NCBI GenBank assembly: GCA_002104945.1
Contig: MCFH01000007.1
Coordinates: 868,001 to 932,000 of the forward strand
Direction: 5' to 3'
DNA: 64,000 bases
From: Piromyces finnis finn
Lineage: Eukaryota > Fungi > Neocallimastigomycota
The position numbers and the translations under genes were made by a program. Position 1 is the stretch's first letter; every line of letters starts with the position of its first letter. Below are positions 1-13,606 of the stretch, in pieces. The notes below the pieces were generated by a model. It was not told where the DNA came from and ran no database searches. It was given only the letters and a program-made list of their open reading frames with translations.

Positions 1-53
1 GTAATTTTAAATTTTAAAAAAAGAATTTAAACTTTAAAATCGATATATAAACA

Positions 54-906
54 ATGATAGGAAATAATATCGAAAAAAAAAAGGGAAAAAGATTTCCAAA
101 AGTAGAAAGATTATTTTGTTGCTTTAACTGTTGCTATTCTATATCTCAAAAAAAGTCTGTTTATTTAAGTAATATTTTAATAATGGTAAGTAAATGGTAT
201 AAATGATATATAGTTTTTATTATTAATTAAGGAAATAATAAATAAAACAAATAAAAAAAAATAAGAAATTAAATTATTAATTTATATTTCAATACTATAA
301 AATAATTAAAGACTTGGTTATTATATATAATGGTTATTTCTACAATTTCAATATCTTCAAAGTCATTTTATTTTAATCTTTTATATAAAATATATACAAT
401 AGTACATAATTTAATTGGTATTTTATCCATATTATTCTGTACTATTGGTATTAAAAAGGTTATTCTTTCTTATATAAAGCAATTTAAATATACATTTTTC
501 ATTTATTGCCTTTCTATCTCAATTAGACAAGTTTTTTTAATTTATGAATATATAGAAATTGTACCAAATGAATATATAGACAAAGAAGAAATAAGATTAC
601 ATGGTGGAAATATAATAGTATTTCTTATTTTAGTTCCATTTCATATGATATTTATGGTAAGTTTTAATTACTATTTTTTCTTTTTTTTTTTGAAAACATT
701 ATTTTATTTTTATAAGTTAGGGCAGTAAAAGTTATTAATAGAGTTTATTTGTTTTGGAAATAAATCTAAATTATAATCTACATATTTTTTTTATTATAAA
801 GCTTTATTATTATTTATATGTAGGTTCATATGTAGAGGATATTGAAATGAGTCTTAAAGAAGAAAAGAATGATGATATAGAATTTGTAGTAAAATGTGAT
901 GCCTAG
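54..906 (+). CDS. Host gene, small four-helix membrane protein with Cys-rich N-terminus (paralog 1); exons 54-185, 312-656, 802-906 (~193 aa)
   Basis: ATG at 54; GTAAGT donors at 186 and 657; AG acceptors at 310-311 and 800-801; all phase 0. Spliced product MIGNNIEKKKGKRFPKVERLFCCFNCC...LYYYLYVGSYVEDIE aligns by eye with the gene at 2209. Confidence 0.7.
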
Positions 907-2208
907 ATATTATTTTTTTTTTTCAACAAAAATTAATTTTTATAAATTTATACAGAAAATTCATGAAGTATCATTTGTGAAAAGGATGATAACTTTATAT
1001 TCAAAAAAGTTTTAATGAATATTTTTTGTAAAAATAATATGAATTAATATACTATATCAGTAAATCGATTCATATTGTAGAAACATATAGTAAGATTTCT
1101 ATTCGTTTTGCCTTTCAATTTTTTTCCTATCATGACATTAATAGAGTAAAGAAAAAAAAAAAAAAAAAAAAGTCATATTATAAAGCTAAAACTAAATATA
1201 AAAAATAAAATATAATGTTTATTACTTGAAACAACAATAATATTAGATTAGTGTTGTATAAAATTGGTGTAATATTTCATTATGACTTTATCAGTAAAGT
1301 GTTCTTTTATAATAATGATGACTTTAATATTAAATAAAGTTTTTATTATTTTGGATCTTAAAACTTTTTAATATACAAAACAATAAAATAATATATTTTA
1401 ATTTATTATCAGAATTTTGGAAAACTTTAATAATTAATAAAAATAAAATATTCTGAATTATGAAATTGGAAAAAATAATTAAAAAAAAAAAAAAAAATTG
1501 TGAATCAATTAACATTAATAAACGGATAGAGATAGCCCAGGTTGAAATAAAATTTTTTTATTTTATGTTATAAAATTGTTAAAAAGAAAAGCAAATAAAC
1601 ATTACATTTATAATGATAAGCATATTCCTATCTTTTATTATTGTTTAACATTCATACTAAATAAAAATTGGTTAAATAAATGTTATAAATAAACTAAAAA
1701 TAAATTTTTTGAATTTTCTATTTTTTTTTGTGCTTATGAGTTGGGTTACACAGCATAAATTAGAAAAAACTTTTTTTTATGTATAAATTAAATAATACGA
1801 AAAAAAAAATATATATATATAAATAAAATTTACTTTTATTTATTTACTTTGAAAAAAAAAAAATTAAACTTTATGATACCTTTATAAAACATCAGATTAA
1901 AACAATTATTACAAATAAAATTATAAAATAAAATCTCTTTTAAAAATATAAAAATTATACTCATTATAATAAAATTATAAAAAGAAAAAATTATATAACT
2001 ATATAAAAAGTTATTTTATAAATATTGGTATATAAATATTGATATATAATAATAATAATCAACTATTTAATGCAATATTAATTTTTAAAAAAGAAAAGAA
2101 AATAAATTGATTATTTTAATTTTTATTAAATGTTTTTATTTTTCTTTAGAAAATAAATAAATAAATAATAAATATATCAATACAATAAATGAAAATATAA
2201 AAACAAAT

Positions 2209-3241
2209 ATGGGTTCAATTGAAAAAGAAAGAAGAATTTATCCAAAAATTGGACAATGTTGCTGCTGCTGTTGTTTATCACCAGAATCGTCGTTTTCAAT
2301 GTGTAATGCATTAATGATAGTAAGTAAAAAAAAAAAAAAAAAAAAAAAAAATAATAATAATATATATATATATATAAAAAGGGAGAAGATATTTCTTTTC
2401 TTTATTTTACAAGAAAGTAATAATAATTATAAATCTTTATTTTACAAAAAGATATACCTTTTAGGTAGTCCAATAGTAATGTACATTTTAGAGTTTAACA
2501 TAAAAAATATTTTTAATATTTCCTTGCTTGTGTGTTTTAGTATATCTGTTATAGCAGCTGTATCTATAATAATGTTAACAATAGGTGCTAGTAAGGTAAA
2601 TATATATATATAAATATAAAAGAGAATATTATTTTTAGTATATTAAAAAATTATTTTTACTTAATAATATTTATATATATATATTTTATTGATAAAAAAT
2701 AAACATTAAAAAAAAAATAAAGGTGAATTTATCTCATATGAATCAATTTAAAATTGTATTTTTAATATATATTTTGTTAATTCTTGCTAGTAGTATTGTT
2801 ACTTTTTGTCAAAGTTTCAATGAAACCTATTTAGAAAATGGATTAATAGAATATAGGAAAGAAAAAAATTATAACCATATGAAAGACAATGAAGTTAAAG
2901 ATTATATTAAAAAAAATTCCTTGATTATGTCGGGAATTATATTTGGATTATTTTTAGTATTGGTAAACAAAAATAGTTTTTATAATTAATATAATATTAA
3001 TACCCTTATATATATATATAATATTTCATTTTTCATTCTATTTACTAATTAAAAAATAAATATATAATATATATTTATACATTGATTGTTATTTTAATAT
3101 TAAAAGGCATATTATTATTTATGCACATGCTCTTATATTGAGGATATAGAAAGTAATATCAAGGAAGAGTTTAATATTAGAAAAATGGAAAGTAATCAGA
3201 ATTATCCTCAACAAGATCAACCCTATTTATTTATGAAATAA
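2209..3241 (+). CDS. Host gene, small four-helix membrane protein with CCCCCC N-terminal motif (paralog 2); exons 2209-2319, 2452-2595, 2723-2962, 3107-3241 (~209 aa)
   Basis: GT donors at 2320, 2596, 2963; AG acceptors before 2452, 2723, 3107; exon lengths are multiples of 3; last exon AYYYLCTCSYIEDIE matches paralog 1; hydrophobic segments. Confidence 0.75.
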
Positions 3242-3774
3242 AAAATTTTAAATTTATTCTTTATTTAAATAATAGAGAAGAAAAAAAAAAAATTAAATAC
3301 ATACAATTTATTTATTATTTAAATAAGAAAAATATTTATCAATTACTATTATTGACATCATCATAATTATTATTTTATAATAATAATAATAATACCTGTA
3401 ATAATAAAAGAAAATATAATTTATTTTTCATTTTTATTATTGTTAATAATAGAAATAAAAAGTATAAAGAAAAGAAAAAACATTAGATTATTGAAATACC
3501 TTGACAATGAAAAAAAAGTATGATAAAATGTTAATACATTAAATTATTTTAAAAAAATAAAATAATTTTTAAAAATAAAAATATTAAAAAGTATAGTTAA
3601 AAAAAAAAGGAAAAACAAAACACTAATTCAAAAGTAATAAACATGAACATTAAATATATGTGTACAGCTAAATAAATATATCATAGTTATTTATTTAGTT
3701 TTATTTAGTTATATTTCTTATTTTATCAATTATCAACTTCTTATACATTATAATATAGTTGTGAAATAAGTTTA

Positions 3775-3807
<33 letters not shown>

Positions 3808-4224
3808 TTTTAAACCAATTTATAATATATATATAGATTTAGATGTAAAATAAAATATAATAATTGTTAAAGTTGCATAATAGTTCTATAAACTATGGAA
3901 TTTGTATTATGTGGAATTGGTCCTTACCTAATAAATTTAATGATATAAATAAAAAAAAAAGATATTATGTTAATATTATGTTAGAGGTGTAGTATCCACT
4001 AAACTCTTTCATGAGTTCTTGTTTTTATTCGAAGAAATACTGATATTGAGTCTTATTTACCGAACATTATGAATGTTCCTTTGCCATATAGATACGATAT
4101 ATATTGACTTCTCTGATTACATTAGGTGTCGTACCAAACCTATCAAAAAATAACTTTATTGAATTACTAATGATAGTATTAAGAAAAGCTAAGAGACCCT
4201 CTATATATAGAATATGAGATCTTG

Positions 4225-4476
4225 TAAAATTGTAAACCTATTCATTTAATACTGAAATTTTAGAAGTAATACATTCAGATGTAATTGGTCCAATTCAAAA
4301 ATCATTTAAGGGTAAAATTTATGTATTAACCTTTATAGATGAATTTACTAGAAAAAGTTGGATTTTTTTACTAGAAGGAAAATCTGAAATTCCTAGGCCA
4401 ATTATTAATCTTTTTAACAAATCAATTTAAGTATAAAACTAAAACATTTCATTCTGATCAGGGTATTGAATATAAT
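4225..4476 (+). pseudogene. Ty1/copia integrase (rve) relic
   Basis: Translates to EILEVIHSDVIGP...YVLTFIDEFTRKSW...FHSDQGIEYN, a copia-type integrase core; frameshifted and cut by an LTR at 4477. Confidence 0.75.
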
Positions 4477-4515
4477 TGTAACGTATAAAGGTTTTGTACC
4501 TTTTCCAAGAAATTG
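4477..4515 (+). repeat. 5' end of a family-D-like LTR
   Basis: TGTAACGTATAAAGGTTTTGTACCTTTT matches the start of LTR-D at 20841 and 42352(-); it diverges after ~30 nt and its right end is unresolved. Confidence 0.5.
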
Positions 4516-5005
4516 TTGACACAATTTCAAATATACCTTAATTCTAAATAGGCTTAGAAAGTGGTATATTTGTGTGTAATTAAATGATTTATTTTTACTT
4601 GCTCATTCTACAAGTTTTATATAATTAATGAATAAAATTTAAAATTCTAAAATACATCTTGTTTTATAATATTAGTTTATTTATTTAAAATAAATATATA
4701 ATACATCTCGCTATGTATTATAAAAATATACTAATTTATTATTTTATTATTAAAATATTCTAATTTTCTTGGCTAATTAGTAACAATCTTTAAAAATAAT
4801 ATTTTCTATTTCTATTTATACTATTTAATTACATTTAAGTTTGTTTATATACAGAAATTGTTATATTTTTAAAATTTAATTAAATATTTATATTTTACAT
4901 TATTTTAATTATTTACTATTATTTTAATTTATATTAAGTTTATATAATTTCAAAATTAACTATTCTATTAATTTATTATTTATAAATTTCATTCTTTATC
5001 ATTGC

Positions 5006-5460
5006 TGTAATAATTATTATTATATAAGATATAATAATAATTATTATCTACAATTTAATAATAATTAATATTATTAAACTGAAAAATCAAAATAAAAATT
5101 TATACTTATCTTGAAAAGAGTTTATTATAAGGAAATATAATAAACAACACGGCTTTAATATTATTTTATTTAAAATATATATATATTTTAATATTCTTTT
5201 TAATAAAGGTTATTTATTATAATTGTTCTTATAATAATAACTCTGGATTCTTTAGTGTAATTCCAGAGTTCTTTTATTTATAGTTTTTTAATAGTTTAAA
5301 GTTTAATAAAGAATTTCTAATCTTAACAAATAATCTTTTTAGGAAAAGACTAGGAGAAAAACCTAAAAAGATATTCGATTGATAACTAATATATCAATCA
5401 TCGTAATATTAAGTAAAATCGATTTTATATGTTTCTTTTATAAGCCAGTCGAGACTTTTA
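5006..5460 (+). mobile_element. Diverged family-H LTR (right end unresolved)
   Basis: Starts TGTAATAATT; blocks at 5100-5420 are similar to 57464-57890, including two hairpins. Confidence 0.5.
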
Positions 5461-6031
5461 ATCTGTTGGAATTTTTAGGATTTTAATATTTACTTATGTT
5501 TCATTACAAAGATTTAATTAACTACTAAAATTTATGGCTTATGCTAAAGTACATATTATTAATACATTACATTATATTAACTACATTTTACTAATTAATA
5601 AAGTTTATAATAAAATATGAGATTTTCTAACATTAAGTCTATATATTAAATAAAAAAATATATGATATTGAAAAAATATAATTTAACTAAAACCTTAATC
5701 ACTATTAAAATTTTAAATTACTTATATTAGACTTTAATTAATAATAAAATTATAATATAAAGTACAATGTAAAGATTATTCTAAGAATAATCGTACTTTT
5801 AATTATTGAGAAAAATTATAATATTGTTTTTAATATATACTTTATTTATTAATATTATTAATAAAAAGGTAATTACAAAGTACATAAATAGTTCATAAAT
5901 TTATTCTCTATTTATACTAAGAATTGTGGCGTATTATTTATCATGAGAATATTCTATGACTAAATATATTAGTAATACATAATTCTATTCTACATATTTC
6001 TAGATTTAAGTTAAATTATTAATGTTTAACA

Positions 6032-7011
6032 TTCCCCCCCCCCCTCAAATTTGTTTTTTATGAAAAGTAAAAATTAAATTTGAAGAGATTAAGAAATTGA
6101 AAAATATAAATAGTTGAATGTAAAATATAATATATAAGATATTAATAAAATAAAGTTGATTATAAGTTTTTTTTTTTTTTTTTTTTTAAATTTTGTTATT
6201 TTTTAAATATAATGTCAGTGAACTTTTGTATTTTTGATCCATTAATATTTTTTGTTAAAAAGTCTGCTAGCATATTATTTGTATCAATATATTCTAGTTT
6301 AATTTTGTTATTTTTAATATTGTCTCTATTAAAATGGAATTTTATATTTATGTGTTTAGGTTTGGAATTTAATTCACCATTTTCAATTGCTCTTTTACTT
6401 GCTAAGTTGTCAGTATAAATAGTTATTGGTTCGTTGAATTTGAATAATTCTTCTAGGATATTTCTAAAGTATAAAATTTTCTTTGTGCATTCTGTAGTGC
6501 TGATATATTCGGCTTCAGCAGTAGAAGTAGCAACAATTTGTTGTTTATTTGAGCACCAACATATTAGATTATTTTCCATAAGAATTATATATCCTGATGT
6601 TGATTTTCCATCCGTCTTATCTCCCCCAAAATCAGCATCAGTGAATGCAATGATTTTTCCATTACCATCATAAGTAATTTTGTAGTCTATAGTGGTTTTA
6701 AGATACTTGATAATATTTATAACTTTATTGTAGTCAGAAATAGTAGGTTGTTCAGATTTTCGAGCAGCTTTGTCTTTGTGAACAGCAAAAGAAATTTCTG
6801 GTCTTGTACATCTAGCAATGTAAATAAGAGAACCAATTAAGCTTTTGTAAATGGTAGTATCAAATGGTTTAGTGTTTTTGGAATCATTGTCACCAGTACA
6901 TGGTGTTTTTCGAGATCTGCAGTTATTAAGATTATATTGGTCTAAAATATTTTCAATAACGCGCTTTTGTGAAATAGAATAAGAAAAATTATTGTTTTCA
7001 ATTTTAATACC
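6032..7011 (-). pseudogene. Ty1/copia RT C-terminus/RNase H relic with PPT
   Basis: ORF 6196-7011 has YKSLIGSLIY...RPEISFAV, FTDADFGG, STAEAEY, KHINIKFHF, MLADFLTK. A G-run PPT (6034-6045, minus strand) is followed by TGTTAAACA (LTR start at 6031). The first 72 nt of the called ORF (7012-7083) are LTR-I sequence. Confidence 0.85.
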
Positions 7012-7497
7012 TGTAAAGAAATGTGCCTTTAACAATAAAAACAAATTATAATATTTACTAAATAACTTAGTAATATTACCCATTTTAAAATATTCTGTAA
7101 ATTATTAATTTTTAAAAATATCATTAAAAACACATAGAATTTAAAATATTCTGTAAATTATTAATTTTTAAAAATATCATTAAAAACACATAGAATTTAA
7201 CTTAATAAGTTAGTGTTTAATAATATAATTATTTATTAATAAAATCTCGATTCTTTAAAATATTTTGGAAAATTCATTCGTATTTATACTAAAATTTTTT
7301 TAAATTAATTTATAAAATTTTTTCAACTTAAAATTTTTAGCCAATCAATAATCTTCATATAAAATAAAATTTAAAAATAAAATAAAATTATAATTTTTTA
7401 AAATAGTATCTATGAGGTCTCTAACTAGTGTCATTCAGACTCAAAGTCTTAGCTACTAACCACTAAGACAATTTAGTTATTTCTAGTATTCGTTACA
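7012..7497 (+). mobile_element. LTR-I copy 1, followed by TGGTCTTCC (possible tRNA-type PBS stub)
   Basis: TGTAAAG...CGTTACA; near-identical to 14497-15294; interrupts the copia ORF. Confidence 0.75.
7085..7196. repeat. 56-bp tandem duplication inside LTR-I copy 1
   Basis: 7085-7140 is repeated at 7141-7196; LTR-I copy 2 has a single unit. Confidence 0.9.
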
Positions 7498-8473
7498 TGG
7501 TCTTCCTGTAAAATATTCTAAACTAAGTTCAGGTTTGTATACACTAAATTAAACTTACACAAACTATGTTTTATTTTTAATAATACTTTTATTTATTTTA
7601 AACTATATTAACAACCGTTAATTACTTTACCGTGAAGGTTATTCCACCAGAGCCCTCACTAGGTAATCAATTAATAATTTTTATTATTTAAAAAAAAAAC
7701 AACTAAACTAATTATAAACTAATGTTAATTTATCTAAACAAAATTAACCTATACGATTTTCCAACTATTGTTTCAATAGTTGAAAAATTTTCATTATTTA
7801 TACTTTTTAAATAAATTGAATAAATTCTAATATACATGTTTTAATATTATAATTTTACATTGTTTACATTTATACATTTATTAAAAGAAATTATTTGTAT
7901 TAAACTATTTAAATTCAATTTATTTACTAAAGAATTTTCTAAACTTAAAATAAAGTTTTGATTTATTTACTATATGGTTGATTATATTTCAAACATCTAT
8001 TCAATTTATTTATTTCCAATTTTGAGGCTTAGATTATAAAAAAAATCTTTTATTATCTAAAATATTTATTGGTTAAAAATTATTTAATTTAAAATTTTAT
8101 CTTATCATCAAAAACTTTATCTTATCATAAAATTATATTTTACATAAATTTATGTTAATGTATTGTGATATAAATTTTTGTAATTAAAATAAAATTTACA
8201 TAAATTTATGATAATGTATTGTGATATAAATTTTATGAAAATTTACGGTACATTAATTTAATACATTATACATTATTTTAAATACGTATTAAATACATTA
8301 TTCTATTAATACAATATTTTACACCTCCTCCAGGATTCGGATACCAGACGAATCTAGAATTTTAATATTTAAATATATATATCTTTCTTTTTAATAAACT
8401 AAACTAAGGAGTGAATTTTCTTAATTATAAAAATGCATTTAATACAATAAAATACATTTTTTTTTAATATTAA

Positions 8474-9078
8474 TGTAATGCTGAACGCTGAAAGAATAGA
8501 TTAGGATATCTATTCTATTACAATAACACAAAAATTTGAAAAATAAAATAAAAAATTGTTTTATAAAATATCTTTTATTATAATAGAATTTTAATAATAA
8601 CAATTACATCGATAAAATGATGAAAAATATCTTCTATTTATATTTTTCCTAAATACATTTATATTATATTATAACTATTTATTTCTTATATATTATTATT
8701 TAAAATCTACACTAAAATCTTAATTATTAATAAATATTTAAACTATAACTATTTTTAGTAAAATACAATTGGCAATTCAAATTAAGTACCATTTAATTTG
8801 AATATGTGCCCATGTATTATTGATATATTAATCATTTATTATTTATCTATTTCTATAAAAAAACAATACTAAAACTAGGGATTTAAATTGAGAATATTAA
8901 TTTACTTGTTAAACATTAAAAATAAATTAATAATTTATTTTGTTTTAAACTTTAATTATTAATAAATAAATTATGTCTCATTTTCTTTTTCTGAATATAA
9001 TTTGTGTAACTTAAACAATAATACTTGTGGCTTAAGTTACATTAAAGATATCAAACAGAGGCGTTTGATATCTTTACA
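8474..9078 (-). mobile_element. Solo LTR-A in the 3' UTR of element B
   Basis: 605 bp, TG...CA, TSD ATTAA (8469-73 / 9079-83). Confidence 0.95.
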
Positions 9079-9239
9079 ATTAATAAAGTTAAAAATAAAA
9101 ATATTGATAAATTTGATATTAATAAATTGTTTAATAATAAAGTTGATATTGATAATGATATTAATAAGTTTTGATAATAATAATAAAAATTGTAATTTTA
9201 ATATTAATAATAAATATAATATGAATTTTTAACTATTTT

Positions 9240-12200
9240 TTATTTCTTTCTACTAAATTTTTTAAGTAGCTCCTTGCAATTTAGATTTTCTTCAGGCTCC
9301 CACGAAGCTTCATTGATTGAATACCCTTTCCATTTAATCAGGTATTGTATTTTTCCGTAATGTCTTCTTTTATCCAGAATTTCTTCAACTTCATTGTCAA
9401 CGGTAATAGGTGACGGTGGCGGTTGAGATCTTCCAAATTTATCTTCGACATATTTCTCGAGATTGGATACATGAATAACTGGATGAATCTTAATAGATTT
9501 TGGGAGACTTAACTTAAATGTGACATTTGATATTTTTTCCAAGATTTTGTATGGGCCGAGTTTTCTTGGCTTAAATTTTTTATTTCCTTTGTGGATAATT
9601 AAAGAACTATCCAACCAAACTTTGTCACCAACTTTAAAATTCGGAGCTTCTTTTCTAAGTTTGTCAGCATGCTTCTTCTGGGTTTCCATGGCAGATTTTA
9701 AATTTTCTTTTAAGGTATTAATTAAAGTTTTAAAATCTCTTGTAAACTCTTCTGCTCTCGGAACTTTAGATAAGTCTGGAATAACTGGTGAATATTTTGG
9801 ATGAAAGCCGTAATTCAAAAAGAATGGAGAAAATTTGGATGATTCTTGGACCACGTTGTTATAACTAAATTCTGCAAGACTAAGAAAACTTTTCCAATTT
9901 GAACCTTTATAATTTGAGAAACATCTTAAATATTGTTCTATAACAGAGTTCACCCTCTCCGTCTGACCGTTTGATTGATGATGAAAAGGAGTAGACAACT
10001 TAAGTTCAATGCCAAGGGAGGAACAGATGGATTGGAAGAATTTAGAGGTAAATTGAGAACCTCTATCCGAGACAATAGATTCAGGTAGGCCATGAAGACG
10101 GAAAATATTATCAATAAAGGCCGTAGCTGTTTCGGCGGCGGAAGGAATACTTTTGAACGGAATGAGATGAATCATTTTTGTAAGACGATCAACAACAACA
10201 AGAATGCAAGTGAAACCAGAAGATGAAGGCAAATCTGTAATGAAATCCATTGAAATGGATGACCAGGGACGTTCAGCAATATCAAGAGGATTCAGAAGAC
10301 CATAAGGTTTATGACGAAAGGTTTTTGAACGACAACAAACTTCACAAGAACGAACGTAGTCTTTAACATCAGAAGAAATAGAAGGCCACCAGAAGTCTCT
10401 AGCAATAAGAGAAGATGTTTTCTTTATACCGAAATGACCAGCTGAAGGAGAGTCGTGACAGAGCTTTAGAATTGAAAGACGACAATTTGGAGGAACATAG
10501 ATTCTGTCAGTAAAAAGGAGAAAACTATTGCTTAAGGAAAATTTGTCAATTTGAGGATGAGGTATTGGAGGTTTCTTACAATCAAGATATTCACAGATTT
10601 TATTGTAAAAGTCATCATTTATATATTCGGAAAGAAAAGAATCACTAATGGACGAAACAGAAGTTACAATGGCACAAAATTTTTCAGGGCGAAGAACATT
10701 AAAAGGAACATCAGAAGAGGAATTAGAATTGATAGCATAATCAGGACGACGAGATAGAGCATCAGGCTTACCGTTAGAAGAACCAGAACGATAAATAATA
10801 ACAAAGTTAAATTCAGAGAGAAACAAAGCCCAGCGAACAAGACGTTGAGACATTTTTTCAGGTTTCTTTTAATAGAGTAAATTACGATGATCCGAGTAAA
10901 TCTTAAAAGTGGAAGAAGAGCCTTTAAGTAGATGACGCCAAGTTTCAAGAGCAGCAACGATAGCTAAGAGCTCTTTATCATATATTGGATAATTACGTTC
11001 AGGACCAGTAAGAGAGCGAGAAAAGAAAGCAACCGGATGAGTCATATTATAATTGGAGAGACTTGCGAGAGAATAGCACCAATGGCAAAGTTACTTGAAT
11101 CAGTTTCGACTATGAACGGAAGTTCACGATTAGGAAATATAAGAACAGGAGCAGAAACAAATAAGGACTTGAGTGAATCGAAAGCATCTTGAGCTTCATT
11201 AGACCATACAAATTTAACATTTTTCTTCAAAAGTTTATGCAAAGGGTGAGCGATCTTTGCAAAATTTGGAATAAATCGACGGTAGTAGTTCGCAAGACCA
11301 AGAAAAGATTGAACCTTTTTAACATTAGATGGAGTAGGCCAGTTTAAGATAGAAGAAACTTTATTTGGGTCCATGTGAATACCATCAGTAGAAATCCTGT
11401 GACCAAGGAAATCAATAAAAGAAACAAAGAACTCGCATTTTTCCAATTTAGCATAGAGCCCAGCATCCCTCAGGAGTTTCAAAACAGTTTTGACATGAGA
11501 TATATGAGATTTATAATCAGAGGAAAAAATAATAATATCATCTATGTAAGAGAAAGCGAATTTACCAAGAACGTCTTCAAGAACATCATTGATGAAATGT
11601 TGAAAAACAGCAGGTGCATTTTTCAACCCAAAAGGCATCACACAATATTCAAAATGACCTAACTTGCAAGTAAAAGCGGTTTTATATTCATCACCACTTT
11701 TAATCCTGACTAAGTTATATATAAGAGGAAGGGGATAAGAATCACGAATAGTTATGGAGTTTAATTGGCGATAGTCAACACACATACGAAGTTGACCATT
11801 TTTCTTAGGTACAAACAGAATAGGAGCTCCCGCAGGCGATTTTGATTTTCTAATAAATCCTTTCTTGAGATTTTCTTTTATATATTCTTCTAAAGCAATT
11901 GATTCGGTTTCTGTTAAGGGATAAATCGGTCCATAAAACAGTTTTGAATTCTCTTTGAGTTTTATTTTACAATCGTATGGACGGTGTGGAGGAAGTTTTT
12001 CGGCATTAGATTCATTGAAGACATCAGCAAAGTCAGAGAGAACATCCGGAAGTATAATAGAAGAATTGGGTTCTGATTTAGAGTTTGAATCGGATTTGAG
12101 AATAGAATTGGATTGAATATTAGAATCAGAAAAAGAAGTCAAAACAGAAGTTGGTTCTTGATTAGAGAGAGACGAAGTAGAAAAGTTAACAGAAGACTTC

Positions 12201-13606
12201 TTAGAAACAGAATTGTTAATATTTTTTGAAGAACCCGAACAGAGAATAGTACAAGTATGATTAGTTTCGTTTTGAGATTGGATGTTTTGTTTATCGACAA
12301 ATATAGGGTAAGCGAATGAATCATGCGGAGGTTCGTAGGAAGGATCTTCCATTACAGGAAAAGCAGATCTTTCTTCAGGAAATTCAGGGACATTATTGGA
12401 GAGTGTTATACAACGATTATAACAGTAATCGGATACAAATGAAATTTTGTTCTTTGTGAAATCGATAGAAGGATTGTGTTCTTTAAGCCAGTCTATTCCA
12501 AGAATACAAGGATAATAAGGTAGATCAGTTACATAGAATTGTGTTCGACAGAGATGATCTTTGTAGCGAAGATTCAAAGGAGATGTAATTCCAAAAAGAG
12601 ATTGTCGACCACCGATACCAACGATATTTGGGAGGTTACCGTCATCATGATAAGGAATGTTATTGTCGTTACAGTAATCTACATCAATTAAATTAAGTTT
12701 GGATCCTGAGTCAATAAGAATATCCGTATTTAGTTCATAAGAAAGTTTAAATTTAGTTGTCATTTTATTATGAGTTTTGTTTTCTTCTTTAGGAGCGGAT
12801 ATAAGTGTGGGAATAGATATTAGTGAAGGATTTTTACGATCTTTATTCTTTCTTTTTGGACAATTATTAAGCTTATAACCTGAAGCACCACAATACACAC
12901 AAAGATTTTCTTTCTTTCTTCTTTCCTTTTCTTCGTTTGAGATAGGGCCATGGTTATTCCTGTTTGTAATGGACTTTGTTATTTTTGAAGAGTGATGAAA
13001 AGATCTTTTCTTTCGGTTTTGGTCATTGTTTGAACCAGAAGGGAAAAAGGTATGGTGTGTAGATAATCTTGAATCAATTCTTGAAGCAATAGTCTGTAAT
13101 GAAAGAAGATCCCTAGGACCCGGAAACATTTCCAAAATACGAACGGCAACTTGTTGATTAAGGCCGGCTATAAATGCATCCATTTTGGCTTGTTCATTCC
13201 AGTTTGATTCATCAGCATAGCGATTAAATTCCAAGATATAGCCTCTAATTCCTCCTAATCGGCGTTGTTTTAAGGTTCTAAGCATTTGATTTGCAACATA
13301 GGTAGCATCGTTATATCCATAAAAAGCCTTAAACCTGTCAACAAAAGCTTGGTAGTTATTAAGACACGGATCATGGTTGTTTATAAGAGTAGCAGCCCAG
13401 TTCATAGCGTCCCCATAAAGTCTTGATATTATATAGAGAATTTTGGTTGCGTCGTCTTGATACCGTTCAGGATATAGCATAAACACTAGCTCCACCTTAG
13501 CTAAGAAACCCTTCAGATATCTGCGATCCCCTGCAAAACCATCCTTAAGAGTTGCGTTTTCGAAAATATTATTATTATCCATGTGGTTGTTTTCGTTCTC
13601 TTCCAT
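9240..13606 (-). pseudogene. gag-pol: Family B gag-pol with chromodomain; disabled
   Basis: CCHC knuckle-like motif, DSGS protease, YIDD, HHCC/DDE integrase, C-terminal [16 protein letters not shown] chromodomain. In-frame loss of ~21 codons (PLI^YNLV) removes the first RT Asp; frameshift near 11045. Confidence 0.92.

Larger units (their letters stand above)
7507..13606 (-). mobile_element. Ty3/gypsy chromovirus family B, 3' LTR 7507-8323, 5' LTR not found
   Basis: LTR TGTAAAATAT...ATATTTTACA; PPT GGAGGAGG at 8324-8331; gag-PR-RT-RH-IN-chromodomain order. Confidence 0.9.

Noticed and set aside
330-2989. ORF-track calls 330-728, 1330-1515, 2209-2613 and 2723-2989 as standalone genes
   Set aside because: Three are exons read into introns of the two spliced host genes; 1330-1515 is low-complexity AT-rich sequence.
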